Shown piece after piece: positions 41,020 through 52,704 of a stretch of DNA of 57,861 bases. Both the position numbers and the translations under genes were made by a program. How positions within the stretch are numbered: the stretch's first letter is position 1; the number at the start of each line of letters is the position of its first letter. The notes beneath the pieces were generated by a model that saw nothing but the letters and a program-made list of their open reading frames with translations, was not told where the DNA came from and searched no databases. The stretch covers positions 1 to 57,861 of IMG/VR virus record IMGVR_UViG_3300048996_000092, one strand, 5' to 3'. The DNA is from a virus (lineage: Duplodnaviria; Caudoviricetes).

Positions 41020-42502
41020 CTGAAGGGCCGACAAAGACCAATGTCAAAACGCTGGTCGATTCTCCGCGCCCCAAGAGCGGACCGCCGGCGCCAACTCCGC
41101 CTGAAGAGATATCGGCGCTGCGGTCCGCGCTTGAGTCTATTCGATGCGCCGCATGGAATGAGCACCATACGGCTGTATGGATGCAGAAAGTTGCGGCTCA
41201 CGCACTGGAGCCAAACACGTGGCCGCATCCGGGACAGCAGTTAGCCCCAGCGCCAAGAACGGAACCGACGGCCGACGAGATGTCCGCATTCCTCACGAAG
41301 TTCTACACCATCGCGCCGGCTCGCATGGAGTTCTACCGGGACGTATTGAGGCGGTGGACGCGGCACTACTCCCCCGCAACGAAGGGAGGCGAGTAGTCAT
41401 GTACGGTGAAATGATCGCGCGGGTTCTGGCGTTCTGGGTCGCGATGATTGCTGTCATCGCGTTCGTGCTGGGCGGGCTGGTGGTGTGGGGTCTTCCGAAG
41501 TTGTGGGCTGTCTTGAAGCCGTGGATTCACTCCGTCACTGGATGAAATTTGATATGAGCTATTGCCGCTGGTCTAGCGACTTTTTCGAGTGCGACGTCTA
41601 CGTGTACGCCAATGTGTCAGGAATGTGGACGACACATGTGGCCGGCCGGCGGCTCAAGCATCGCGTCCCTGACGAACTCAAGGCGGCGCATCCTCATGGC
41701 AGCGACCCTGAGTTTGCCCACAAGTACATGGCGGCTTATCGCGCCGTTGAGGCATGGCGCAACTCACTGCCGTGTGATGAGTTGCCCGTGAACTACGCGC
41801 AGCCGGACGGCACAAGTAAGCCTGGAATCTGGCGCACGCCAAAAGCCTCCGAGTATCTGGACCTGCGTGAGATCGGCGCCGAAGCCGGCGAGAGCTACGA
41901 CGACGCGAGCCCCGGTGAATGCGCCGACCGCCTGGAGCAGCTGAAAGCCAAGGGGTTCAACGTGCCTCAGTACGCGATCGACGCTCTGCGCGAGGATCAG
42001 TTGGAGATTCATCAGATCCAGGGTGAGCACGCCGCCGAGGTAACCACGCAATGACGCCGTTCGAAGTCTTCACCGCAGAAATGGCAAAGACCGTAAGACG
42101 CAGAAAGCGCAACGTGGAGCGAGACGCGGCGATCATTTCAGACAGACGAGCTGGCATGACGTACGCCGCGATTGCCGCCAAGCACAACGTCACTGAGGCG
42201 CGGTGCAATCAGATTTGCGCGGCTGCGGGCTTGCCAAAGACCAGCACGAAGCCATGGAACGCCGAAACCGCCGCCGGGGTGACGGTGGAGTCGGGTCAGT
42301 ACAAGGGTTACAGAATTCGCGTCGCTCGCAAGGCCGGTAGGTGTGATGGAGGTGGATGCGCGGTGCAGATTAACGGCGGTGACCACTATGTGGAAGGTGA
42401 CGGGCACGGGACGCGCGGTCCACTAGGCTTCGCGCGTGAGCGGCTTTGTTTGAAGTGCGCTGGAGTAGAGCTGCTTTGCTTGAAGCGCGGTGGGGTAACA
42501 GA

Positions 42503-43153
42503 GTGACGAGAGAGCAACCGATCCGTTTCGTTTCCCGAGAGACTGACTCCCCCGAGGTGCGTGCGCGGCTTGCAGAGCTGAATGCGCATGAGTACCCACA
42601 GGACAATGCAGATGCGATCACCGACCGGATCGACTGGGCGGAAGTCAACTCGCGCGCGCGCGCGATCATCCATGAAAACCGATCCATGCGGTCGAGGATC
42701 TTGGCGGTGTGGCAGATTGCGAACTACATCGGCGAGCAGACCGCGGGCCACGTAGCGTGCAAGCGCGGCTGCTCACACTGTTGCAACATCGCTGTCAGCC
42801 TGCCTAAGCAGGAGGCAGAGCTGATAGGCGAGCGCATCGGGCGAAAGCCCGCGACAACAAAACCCCGTCTCGACGGCGACCACATCGCCTTTGGATATCA
42901 CAACCCGTGCCCGTTTCTGCGCGACGGGGAGTGTTCAATCTACGAGTCGCGGCCAACAGCTTGCCGCATTCACTATTCGGTAGACCGGGACGACTTGCTG
43001 TGCCGCCTAGTGCCGCCGTATTCGATTCCGGTTCCGTATCTCAACACGACGCGCATAACCACATTATTGATTCAGGTGTCGTCCCGCGGCGCAATGCCGC
43101 ATTACGCGGATATCCGTGAGTGGTTTCCGCCATCCACACAGCAGGGAGTTTAG
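42503..43153 (+). CDS. YkgJ-family CxxxCxxCC putative Zn/Fe-S cluster protein
   Basis: CKRGCSHCC, PCPFL..CSIYESRPTACR. Confidence 0.88.
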   Translation: MTREQPIRFVSRETDSPEVRARLAELNAHEYPQDNADAITDRIDWAEVNSRARAIIHENRSMRSRILAVWQIANYIGEQTAGHVACKRGCSHCCNIAVSLPKQEAELIGERIGRKPATTKPRLDGDHIAFGYHNPCPFLRDGECSIYESRPTACRIHYSVDRDDLLCRLVPPYSIPVPYLNTTRITTLLIQVSSRGAMPHYADIREWFPPSTQQGV

Positions 43154-43158
43154 AAAAA

Positions 43159-43479
43159 ATGAAGACGATGATTATAGCGACAGCGGCGTTAGCGTTATCA
43201 GGCTGCGCGGTGCAGAAGGAAATGGTGCCGACAGGCGGCAGCCGATCCGATGGCACGGTGGAGCTGAGTTACGAGTTTGGAATGTTCGAGACACCAAAGG
43301 TAGACAGCGCACAGGGCGCGGCCACCGCGTCACAGCGTTGTCGTGCGTGGGGCTACACGGACGCGGAGGCGTTCGGCGGCTCCAAGTCTCACTGCCAAGC
43401 TTTCAATGGCTATGGCAACTGCCTCAAGACCCTGGTCACTGTTCAGTACCAGTGCATCGGCGCGGACACGCCGCGGTAA
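43159..43479 (+). CDS. YecR-like lipoprotein
   Basis: Lipobox LSGC; GGSRSDGTV; RCRAWGYTDAEAFG; YQC. Confidence 0.85.
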   Translation: MKTMIIATAALALSGCAVQKEMVPTGGSRSDGTVELSYEFGMFETPKVDSAQGAATASQRCRAWGYTDAEAFGGSKSHCQAFNGYGNCLKTLVTVQYQCIGADTPR

Positions 43480-43544
43480 TGTGGAACAGGGAGCAGCGGC
43501 GATTGCGGGGCCGCTGCTCTCGGCTATCAACACGGAGAACGACA

Positions 43545-43862
43545 ATGGCGCAAATGATCTGCAACAACTGCGGCAATACGGGCTCGCCGAAGACACATAC
43601 CAAGGGGAGCATTTTCATCGAGCTGATTCTGTGGCTGTGCTTCCTGATTCCTGGGCTTATCTATTCAGTGTGGCGCATGTCGTCACGCTCAAAGGTGTGC
43701 CGGTCATGCGGTGCGCCGCACACCCTGGTGCCGCTTGACTCGCCACGTGGCAAGCAGCTGATACAGCAGTTTGCGCCTGTATCGCGGGGTGATCAGGAGA
43801 TGCCGTGGTGTGCGCCATGCGGGTCCTACCATCACGCGAGCGCGCCACACATCAGGGCATGA
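43545..43862 (+). CDS. Zinc-ribbon membrane protein (LITAF-like)
   Basis: CNNCG..KGSIFIELILWLCFLIPGLIYSVWR..CRSCG. Confidence 0.75.
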   Translation: MAQMICNNCGNTGSPKTHTKGSIFIELILWLCFLIPGLIYSVWRMSSRSKVCRSCGAPHTLVPLDSPRGKQLIQQFAPVSRGDQEMPWCAPCGSYHHASAPHIRA

Positions 43863-44522
43863 GCCATGCCGCGAAGCTTGTTCACGCCTGAGCGGACGAC
43901 TCTGCGGGTGTACCCGCGAGACTACGCCCTCCAAATGATTCAGCTGCTTCGCGTGCTGGAACGGATGTACCCAGACTTGCCGGCCGTTCTCTCGGAGCGC
44001 ATTCGAATGGAATGGATTTACACATGAACTTTATCAACCACACAACGACCAGCTCCCTGGACTCAGGCGATGCCTTGGAGTGCATCGACGTCGGTGTTCA
44101 GTACGCCAGCGCCGTGCTGACGTTGTTTGAAAGCGCGCAGCTCGGTGTGAACCAGAAGCGCAACATGGAAACGGCGATGGAGTGGCTTCGGGCTTGGCGT
44201 GACGCTGCGCGCGATCTGTCAAAGGCGACGAACCCATGAACAGGGAAGAAGTCGCACAGAAGATGGCGGCCGAATGGCTTGCCGCTCACCCCGGCGCAAC
44301 CGTCGAGCATGTTGCAGGTTGGATCAGCGCGTGCGGATGCCTCGGCTGCCCGCAGTGGGGCGTTCGGTCGGGGCTTGGACCGTACGACTACTCATGCGAA
44401 TGCGGCGCCAAGTGTCGGTGCCGCTGCACGCTTGAGCCTTACAAGTCACAGAACGCCGCCAAGTGGGAATGGGCGCTTGGTCAGGCAGAGTTGGCGGTAG
44501 TGCGCGCGTCCGCGGTGAAGTC

Positions 44523-45107
44523 ATGAGTACGAACGCTCTTCGCCCCGGACTACCGCCACTGCCAGACCACATGAAGGGCTTGCCGGTTGATGCTCGCGGC
44601 TACCCGATTCCACACTTCGTGGCGTGGGTGGATGGCAAGCCAGACTTCCGCCTACTTGATGACGCCAAGTTTGCGCGCTCACTTTCCGAGAAGACGTGCA
44701 CGGTCTGCGGCATTCCACTTGGCCGCTTCAAGTCATTTGTCGGGGGGCCAATGAATGTGCTGCAGCGGATCTGCGGCGAGCCGCCCATGCATCGAGACTG
44801 CGCGCTGTTCGCAGTCCAGGCATGTCCGTTTCTTCTGTTGCCACTTGCCCGACGTCGATTGGCGAACTTGCCAGATGATCTACAACGCGTCCCAGGTGAG
44901 GAGATGTTCGAGGAAGGCAACCCCGGCGTCACCAGCATATGGACATGCACTGAGTTCCGCGCGGGCAGACACGTCCGGATATTTGAGCTGGGACAAGCCA
45001 CGTCACTTGAGTGGTTCACAGAAGGGAGACCCGCAACCACGGAGGAGATCGCCGCCGCCTGTGAACTCGCAAAGGGTCGATTGAGTGGCCGCGGCGTGTC
45101 GCTATGA
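44523..45107 (+). CDS. Phage hypothetical protein, Cys/His-rich
   Basis: RGYPIPHFV..PDFR..CTVCG..EPPMHRDCA..ACPFL. Confidence 0.7.
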   Translation: MSTNALRPGLPPLPDHMKGLPVDARGYPIPHFVAWVDGKPDFRLLDDAKFARSLSEKTCTVCGIPLGRFKSFVGGPMNVLQRICGEPPMHRDCALFAVQACPFLLLPLARRRLANLPDDLQRVPGEEMFEEGNPGVTSIWTCTEFRAGRHVRIFELGQATSLEWFTEGRPATTEEIAAACELAKGRLSGRGVSL

Positions 45108-45522
45108 CGTTGCACCATCCGGTGGATTTCGAGCAGGTGAAAAAGCAGCGCGACGAATACCACGATTGTCTTGTCAAACAATCGTCACTGCTTCACGACG
45201 TGCAGAACGAGCGTGACGCCGCGATCAAGCAAGTGGTCGAGCTGCAGGACGATAAGGTCAGGCTGCTGCGCGCGAATCTGAAGATGGCGATACAGGTGGA
45301 TCTAGTGCGTGCTCTCGATCACGAAGCAACAGCTGCACGCCGCATCGTCGCGATGCTTGCGTGGCGCAAACGGACGTCGCGTCGAACGGTAATCGGCGCC
45401 CGCAAGCTTGGGCGGCTGGACCCGCGCGCGCTTGGCCATATGGAGGGCGAAGAAAACGAAGCGCACAACGCATACGAGCTTGCGAGCCGCATTCTTCGAG
45501 GGATTGACCTATGACCAGCGCC

Positions 45523-45840
45523 TCACCAGTAGTACACCTGCGGCTTCTTGCAGTCAGGCCACTGGAAACGGTCGGGGTCTGCGCCGCGCTCAATCGCGTG
45601 CAGCATGCGATTGGACCGGATGCGCGCCGGGACAATGTGCCAGTCGTGGGTCCACCAGCCGGGCTCGTGCATGGTCAGCCGGTGGTAGCCGCGCCAGGGT
45701 CGTTCAGTGTGGGTAAACCCGTAAAGCAGCGGGCGCTCAAATGCGCGCCAGGAATGTCCTGTCACCGCGCCGCGGTACAGGATCTGAAGTTTGCGGATCT
45801 TGGCCACCTGCTGTTGGTGGCGGCGAATCGAACGCTTCAT
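45523..45840 (-). CDS. Hypothetical phage protein, antisense to its neighbours
   Basis: Trp-rich ORF (PGWWTH, KPQVYYW) filling the gap between plus-strand genes. Confidence 0.55.
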   Translation of the reverse strand: MKRSIRRHQQQVAKIRKLQILYRGAVTGHSWRAFERPLLYGFTHTERPWRGYHRLTMHEPGWWTHDWHIVPARIRSNRMLHAIERGADPDRFQWPDCKKPQVYYW

Positions 45841-46936
45841 GAAACGTGCTCCAAGTTGTTGGGGTCACGTCATTGGCGTCTCCAGGAGTTTCGAGGCGGA
45901 GGATATTAGCATGACGGATGACATTCAGGACCGCGGCCCATGGACCGTGCAGAAGGGCTCCGACGGCCTACTCGGCGTCGCCAGTGATGACTTCAAGCAC
46001 GACGTGTGGCTGAGAGTCATGGGCGACTTTGCCGACGACGACGCGCGGAAAAGCTACTGCGATTGGCTGGCGGCGAAGTTGAACGCCGAAACCGGCGACA
46101 TGCTGGTCAAGGCTGCGGCGCCGGAGCTGCTGTCGGCGTGCAAGGCGCAACACCAAGCCATCGACATTCTGTTTGCCATGCTGATCAGGGAAACCGCGGA
46201 GCGAACATCCAAGTTGTTCTATCCAAGTAAGAGCGGCGTTCCGTGGGACGCGATGCTTGAGGGCAACGTGGCGATTGCGAAGGCGGAAGGCAATCAGCCG
46301 CCGGTGGTTTCGTCGGATGGTGAGCGCGCCGAATGATCACCATTGATGAGAACCTGTTGGCGATTTGGTGGATAGCGCTGCCGTCGATGGCGAAGCCTGG
46401 GACCAACGAGGCGGACTTGCTGTGCTCATTGGCTCGCCGGTCGCCTGAGGAATGCGAAATCATCTATCGGTTTCGTTACTACGAAACCAAAGGCGCGTGG
46501 GATGGACTGGATCGAAAGAACTGGTACGACGGCGTTGTAAAGCAGCAGCCAGAGGAAATCATTCCGCACCTGCGCGCTATGTTCGAGAAGCTGTCCGCGT
46601 TAGCCGGGGGGAGTAAGGTGTTTGAGATTGTGCGCGGCGATATGACCATTCCTCAGTTCATAGATGAGTTCGCGAAAATGCCGTTCGTGCACATGAAGAG
46701 CGGCGACGATGCGGAGCGGTGGCTGAAGGAGCACGAGCATCAGCAGCGCGCCCAGACGCCATACCGCGCACCGCTGCCTATGCACTACGCGCCCAACGGC
46801 GGGCACAGGATTGCCTGCCCCATCGAAGTCATTGGAACCAACATCACAGCAGAGCCGGGGGACGTCACGTGCAAGCGATGCGCGAAACACGCCGACGTCG
46901 TGAACTACAGAAACAATTTACGAGACAAACCACCAC

Positions 46937-48202
46937 ATGCCTAAGCAAGCCAAAAAATTGAGCGCGTTCCACGTGCACCGCCTGAAGAAGACACACGCCG
47001 TCGGCGGCGTCGCAGGTCTGTACCTCCAGGTCCGTGGTCCAAGCGCACGGAGCTGGATACTCAAGGCCCCTATCCATGGGAAGCGACCGAATCTCGGGCT
47101 CGGGTCGTTCCCGGAGATCAGTCTGGAAAAGGCGCGCATGCGTGCAACCGTAATGCGCGAGCAGATCAGGGAAGGAAAAGACCCACGAGACGTTCAGCGG
47201 CAAGCCGCTGATGAGGCGCGTGCGGCTGCAATGTCTTTGATCAAGTTCAAAGAGGCTGCAGAGGATTGCTGGAAGGCCAAGGCGGCGGAGTTCAAGAACG
47301 CCAAACACAAGTTGCAGTGGATTTCTACTCTGCGCCAATACGCCAACCCGCACATCGGCGACATGTACGTGCAGAGCATCGAACGTGCCCACGTCCTGAA
47401 AGCGCTGCAGCCGATTTGGCACACAAAGACTGAGACGGCCGGACGTCTTCGCGGCAGAATTGAAGCGGTCATCGAGTACGTTCATGCGGTGCTGGGAATC
47501 AAAAACCGCGAGAACGCCGCCAAATGGGAAGGGTTAAAACCGTTGCTGCCGTCGCCACGAAAGCTGACGCGGCGAAAGAGAAAGCATATGGCGGCCCTGC
47601 AATGGAAGCGCATGCCTGAGTTCATACCGCTGTTGATCAAACAGGATGGCATGGCGGCACGGTGTGAGGAGTTCGCCATCTTGACCGTTGCGCGCAACAC
47701 CGAAGCGCGCGGCGCCAGCTGGGACGAGATTGATATGGAAGAGGAGGTCTGGAGGGTGTCGGCGCCGCGCATGAAGGAGTCTCTGCCTCACCGGGTTCCG
47801 TTGAGCCCAGCGGCTATGGATCTTCTGCGTGCGCTGCCGCGCTTCGAGGGAACGTCACTACTGTTCCCAGGGCTCGCCGGTAAGCAGCTGTCGGAGAATA
47901 CGTTGGGCAAGGTGGTCAACCGCGTGACGGCGCAAATGCCTGGATCGCCAGAGGCGACGCCGCACGGGTTCAGGTCTGCATTCAAGGACTGGGCGCGTAG
48001 TCAGCCTGGGCACGAGGACGAAGTGTCTGAACTGGCACTTGCCCACGTCAATTCAGACGAGACGCGCGCGGCATACGCGCGAGACGAGCTGATGGAAAAG
48101 CGACGGGTACTGATGAACGACTGGGCGCGCTTTTGCTACGCACCGGTTACTGGCAATGTCGTGCCGTTCCGCAAGGAAGACCGGGCGGTGGCGGCGCTAT
48201 GA
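46937..48202 (+). CDS. int: P4-like tyrosine integrase with arm-DNA-binding domain
   Basis: GLYLQV..RSW..LGLGSFPEISLEKAR; catalytic R (TVARNTE), HGFR, ALAH, Y (RAAY). Confidence 0.95.
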   Translation: MPKQAKKLSAFHVHRLKKTHAVGGVAGLYLQVRGPSARSWILKAPIHGKRPNLGLGSFPEISLEKARMRATVMREQIREGKDPRDVQRQAADEARAAAMSLIKFKEAAEDCWKAKAAEFKNAKHKLQWISTLRQYANPHIGDMYVQSIERAHVLKALQPIWHTKTETAGRLRGRIEAVIEYVHAVLGIKNRENAAKWEGLKPLLPSPRKLTRRKRKHMAALQWKRMPEFIPLLIKQDGMAARCEEFAILTVARNTEARGASWDEIDMEEEVWRVSAPRMKESLPHRVPLSPAAMDLLRALPRFEGTSLLFPGLAGKQLSENTLGKVVNRVTAQMPGSPEATPHGFRSAFKDWARSQPGHEDEVSELALAHVNSDETRAAYARDELMEKRRVLMNDWARFCYAPVTGNVVPFRKEDRAVAAL

Positions 48203-48915
48203 GTAAGACGGGTGGCGCTAGCGCGCAGCACGGTTTGACGAATTCGGATTTCGTTGTCCTGCAGAAGCAGCGGAATGGTGTTGCAATGGACATTGGCGCC
48301 TTTCTAAAACTGCCCACCCAGGCATGCAGGCTGGAAACCGCCCTGTCACTGTTGAAGCGCGCTCGATCCACCATTCTGCAGGCTTGTGCCGCGCTTGACG
48401 AGGCTCACGTGTCTGCCCATGACATCCGGGCCAAGGCGCTTGCGGAGGTAATGCCAGCGCTGCCATCGCGCCAGTTTTCATTTCGCTGTACAGGGTGCAC
48501 AGCCGGCAGGCACACGACGCAAAAGATGGTCAGTGAGTGTGTTGCGCGAAAGGAAAGGCGCGACGCAGACCGCCGCCTCAAGATTGCCGCCGCGGCTAAG
48601 GCGGAAGTCAATGCCCCCCAATGCAAGAAGTGCTGGGACACAAAGCAGTTGACGCTTGCGGGCGGCGCCAAGATCCGCTGCCAGTTCTGCAAACCGAAGG
48701 TGGACCACCCATGATCGACAGAGAGCAGTTACACGACTTCGTGGCCGCGCACGGGTTCGGTGCGCCAACGGCGGATGGTTACATTGTCGGTCAGCAGCTG
48801 ATCGAGCATGGTGACGACTATGCAACCGCCGCGGCTGAGATCGTCGCTCGCGGCCTGACCGAAGACCCGGAATAGTGACGGCGCCGGAGCCGCGATGACC
48901 AGTGGGAGGCATCTA

Positions 48916-49446
48916 ATGAGAAGCACGAAATGCAAGCCGAGCCCATGCCCACAATGCCGCGCTAATCTTGATGTTGCCACCAGCGCTGTGGGAACCAAGG
49001 CATACCCCGGCGCAGTCAGTGTCTGTCTGTATTGCGGCCACATGCTGGAACTCGGCGAAGGGCTGGTGATCCGGTCGCTTGCGCCTGAGAAATTTCTGAA
49101 GCTTGAGCACGAGCAGCAACTGTACCTTGGCGTGGTGCGCGAACAGGTCATGAAAGACATCGCGGAAAAGAAAGCCGCCGCGGCGGCGCCGCGTGTCGTT
49201 CACTTACAGCGCGAGCGGTACGACGTGCGGATCGACCGGCAGACGCACTGGGGCAATCCGTTCGTGATAGGCAAGGACGGCAACCGAGAGCAGGTAATTG
49301 CCAAGTACCGCGCGTGGATCATGCAGCCTGACAACGCGCACATGATCGAAATGGCAAAGAAGGAATTGCGCGGCAAGGTTCTTGGCTGCTGGTGCGCGCC
49401 GAAACCGTGTCATGGTGATGTGTTGCTGGAGATTGCCAATGGTTAA
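48916..49446 (+). CDS. Zinc finger plus DUF4326-domain protein
   Basis: CPQC..CLYC; WGNPF..LRGKVLGCWCAPKPCHGDVL. Confidence 0.85.
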   Translation: MRSTKCKPSPCPQCRANLDVATSAVGTKAYPGAVSVCLYCGHMLELGEGLVIRSLAPEKFLKLEHEQQLYLGVVREQVMKDIAEKKAAAAAPRVVHLQRERYDVRIDRQTHWGNPFVIGKDGNREQVIAKYRAWIMQPDNAHMIEMAKKELRGKVLGCWCAPKPCHGDVLLEIANG

Positions 49447-49448
49447 GC

Positions 49449-49538
49449 GGAGGGGTGGCAGAGCGGTCGATTGCACCGGTCTCGAAAACCGGAGCGCTCG
49501 AAAGGGCGCCGCGAGTTCGAATCTCGCCCCCTCCGCCA
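49449..49538 (+). tRNA. tRNA-Ser(CGA)
   Basis: GGAGGGG/CCCCTCC acceptor stem, G discriminator, CCA; CCGGT-CT CGA AA-ACCGG anticodon arm; long variable arm; TTCGAAT T loop. Confidence 0.96.
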
Positions 49539-50821
49539 TTTTCAGGAGGAGCATGTGAGCGGCGGAAATCTTGACTACCTGTACGAGCGCATCACGGAGC
49601 TGTCGGAGCTGCTGCATCGCCGCCTCGGCGACACCGAGCGAACCTGGGAGGCTGGCGAGCGCGGACTGGTCCGTCTCTTTGCCCGTTCACTGGATGAGAC
49701 CGCGGAGGTTGCGCGTCAACTTGAATGGTACTGGTCTGGGGACACCGGTCCAGCAGATGCGCTCGCAGCGGTTCGCAAGGCTGTGGCGCACGTTAAGCGT
49801 GACGCCTGCGCCAAGTGCGGTGGCGAGCAAGGCGGCGTCCCTGGCAACGAGAACATCATCGAAGGCGATCCGATATGTGACTACTGCCATAGCTTGAGCA
49901 TGACCCCTGGGGGCGCCCCATGAAGTTCAGAGAGCACCGCGGCGGTCTGGAGGATTCAATGCGGACGGTGGTGGAAGTTGCGGACCGCACCGCCCTGGTC
50001 GCTCTGATGCAGAGCAGATTAGCCGCGTATAGCTACGCATTCGAGCCGCACCAATTGAGAGTTCAGCCGTACATGCGCGATGAGCGCATAGGGTGGGACA
50101 CGCACATAGTCACAATTGACGGGTACGGCGTCGCAGGGTTCACTGACGGGCCGGTTGAGGAACCGCCCCCCACGCCGCCGTCTCTGGAACGCGAAGAATG
50201 GACGCCGCAGCAAGCGCTTGAGTTCTACGCCGCCGGTCGGCACTTTGACGTCGTGAACGGTAGAACGCGAATCATCGACACCGGCGCAATTGCCAGTGAC
50301 GCGCTGAAACAGCTTTCGGCCGAGTATGCCCAACTGAAGGGGCTTGATCAGTCGCCGGAAGTCGTGCCAGGAACGGCAGCCGTCCTCGAGCTTTCTGGCG
50401 CGGGTCAAGCGCACGCCGAGCAGATGCGAACCGCCTTGCTGCGTCTTCAGAAATTGCAAGTGCACGGATCGAAGTCGGACAGGATGATTCTCGCCGCCCT
50501 CACGCCGCCCAAATCCGGCGAGCCCAACTGGTGCTCGCGGTGTGAGACCGCGCACAAGCAAGGGTGCGATGTTCATTGTCACCTGGAGAGCGACGGGGAT
50601 TGCAGCTGCTGACCGCGCCTGGAGGCGTTTCCAATGGCAGACATTTCAAAGTGCACCGGCGTCGACACAACCACGAAGGGAATCTGCCCCAAGCGTGAGA
50701 CGTGCTATCGGTTCACCGCGGTCAGTGCCGGCAACAGTCAGTCATGGCTTTCGCACGCGCCATTCGACAGGTACGGCCAATGCCTCTTGTACAAGCCAAC
50801 ATCACAAAAGAGAGCGGCCCG

Positions 50822-51115
50822 ATGAAGCCGGCATCCAGTACGAGCACCGTGCGCACCACACTGCAGGAGCTGCGCGAAATCATTGAGAAGTACCGCGCAA
50901 TAGAAGAATCAGAGCCCGGCGGGCTGCGATCAGCAAACGTTCGCGCGCGCATCCGCGGGTACGAATCAGACGCCTGGGAGGCTGCATATAAATGGCACCT
51001 CGGCATCACAGAGCAGCTGAGAATTGCTGCGGCTCAGCAGGACCCGCTCGGATGGGCCGAATGCGAACGAGAGCGCATTGAGGGCAACACCATGATTCGT
51101 GATCGTCTTGGATGA
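50822..51115 (+). CDS. Hypothetical protein, paralog of 40717..41019
   Basis: AWEAAYKWHLGIT..EGNTMIRDRL. Confidence 0.6.
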   Translation: MKPASSTSTVRTTLQELREIIEKYRAIEESEPGGLRSANVRARIRGYESDAWEAAYKWHLGITEQLRIAAAQQDPLGWAECERERIEGNTMIRDRLG

Positions 51116-51734
51116 CGCAATGAAGAAACCGCCGCCACGCCCGAAGCGCGAGAAGAAACCCGCCGCGCCCGGCGTCGTGATAATCAACATTCCAATGCCG
51201 ATCAACCTGACCATTGAGGCGATCGAAGTGCAGACGGTGCGCATATTGGGCCTTCTGGCGCAACCGCTACCCCTGAGTGACCAAGCGGAGCTGTACACGC
51301 GCATGGCCACGCGCTGCAGGGAACTGTCATACCTAGCGCGTCAGGGGGATGGATGAAACTCGTTGATACGCGAACCATCACGCTTCCCGCTGGTGCGCTC
51401 GTGGGCATGGTGATTGCGCGCGAGCTGGCATCCGATTTCACTGAGGCACTACAGGCGCTTGGTCGCGGTTGGATGATAATCCCGTCGATGTTTCCGCGCA
51501 TGGCTTACGTCGTTGCGGTCGCGACTACAAATGACCGAATGGATAAAGGGGCGCCGATGGTCTATGGCTGCACCAGGGAGCCGGAGCTGCGCGATATCGT
51601 GGAGCTGGCTTGCGAACAGCTGGAAGAGGGCGCCAGAGTGTTCTGGTTTCTGATCGTGCGCGACACCACGCAGCGCGCGCAGATATTGGATTGGATCAAA
51701 CCGTATTCAGAGCCAGAGCCGTTGCATTGAAAAG

Positions 51735-52128
51735 GGAACTGCGCCGCCGGTTCGCAGACCAGACGACGCAGCTCGCAGCAATTTCCGACGACCCAACGGC
51801 ACCCACCAACACACGGGGGCGTGTTCTGTAAGTTGAGCCGGTTGGCCACCACGGACAACGGGCCGCAGACCGCTGCAGCAAGGACCCCCTGGAGGCGGGG
51901 CCAGCTCTCACCAGATAGACGGGGGCACGGCCAAGGGTCACCCCCTGACCGTTGGCCTCTGGCGACCAGGAGGGGTTGGCCTGACGTCGAGTGGGGGTCT
52001 TTGCATGTGGTGGTGGAGATGTCGTGCGGCCCCATTTTTGGGGTTGCGATCGGCCGAAGGGCCCGCCCGGTCACGTATGCAGTCATGCAGCTGCGCGCCG
52101 ATTCTCTAGCGCACGACTCTCCACCACG
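51735..52128 (+). ncRNA. Candidate large structured ncRNA
   Basis: About 400 nt intergenic with nested long helices containing G-U pairs on the plus strand. Confidence 0.55.
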
Positions 52129-52171
52129 TTTCACTTTCACGCCACAACAAACAGCGGAGTAACTAAGGACA

Positions 52172-52702
52172 ATGCGTACTATCACAGTGATTGTGCTGAC
52201 CATGATTTTCGCGGCGCACGCGAACGCAGAGGGAGCGTTTCGAATTGGCATCGGCGGCGGACAGGCAACCATCGAGGCCGATGATCTGGACCTGAAAGGC
52301 AGCGCAACTGCCTGGGAAGTATTCGGCGGCTATGAGGCCAACGAGAACTGGGCCGTGGAGATCGGCTACATCGACGGCGGCAGCGCAGACGACAGTATCG
52401 GCAACGTCACAGTCGAGGCCGACACGACCACCTTTGTCGCCTCAGTGATCGGGTCCCTGTGGGTCGGCGATAACTTCAGCGTCTACGCGCGCGCGGGGCT
52501 GATGCACTGGGAGTCTGAAGAGGCGCTGAAGGTGAGCGGCGTAACCGTCGCCACCGATGACTTGGACGGTGACGATCCATTCTTCGGCGCCGGTGGCGCT
52601 CTGCTGGTGGATGGCGCATTGCTCAGGCTGGAGTATCGGTTGGCGAATCTTGACGACACCGACCTGTCACTCATTTCACTGGCGCTAGCGTGGAGGTTCT
52701 GA
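52172..52702 (+). CDS. Outer-membrane beta-barrel (OmpA-TM/Ail-Lom-like)
   Basis: Signal peptide (AHANA), VFGGY..WAVEIGYID, YARAG, C-terminal WRF. Confidence 0.88.
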   Translation: MRTITVIVLTMIFAAHANAEGAFRIGIGGGQATIEADDLDLKGSATAWEVFGGYEANENWAVEIGYIDGGSADDSIGNVTVEADTTTFVASVIGSLWVGDNFSVYARAGLMHWESEEALKVSGVTVATDDLDGDDPFFGAGGALLVDGALLRLEYRLANLDDTDLSLISLALAWRF

Positions 52703-52704
52703 GG

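Noticed and set aside
51562-52272. 236-aa minus-strand ORF
   Set aside because: Overlaps two well-supported plus-strand genes and has no motifs; likely a GC-rich shadow ORF
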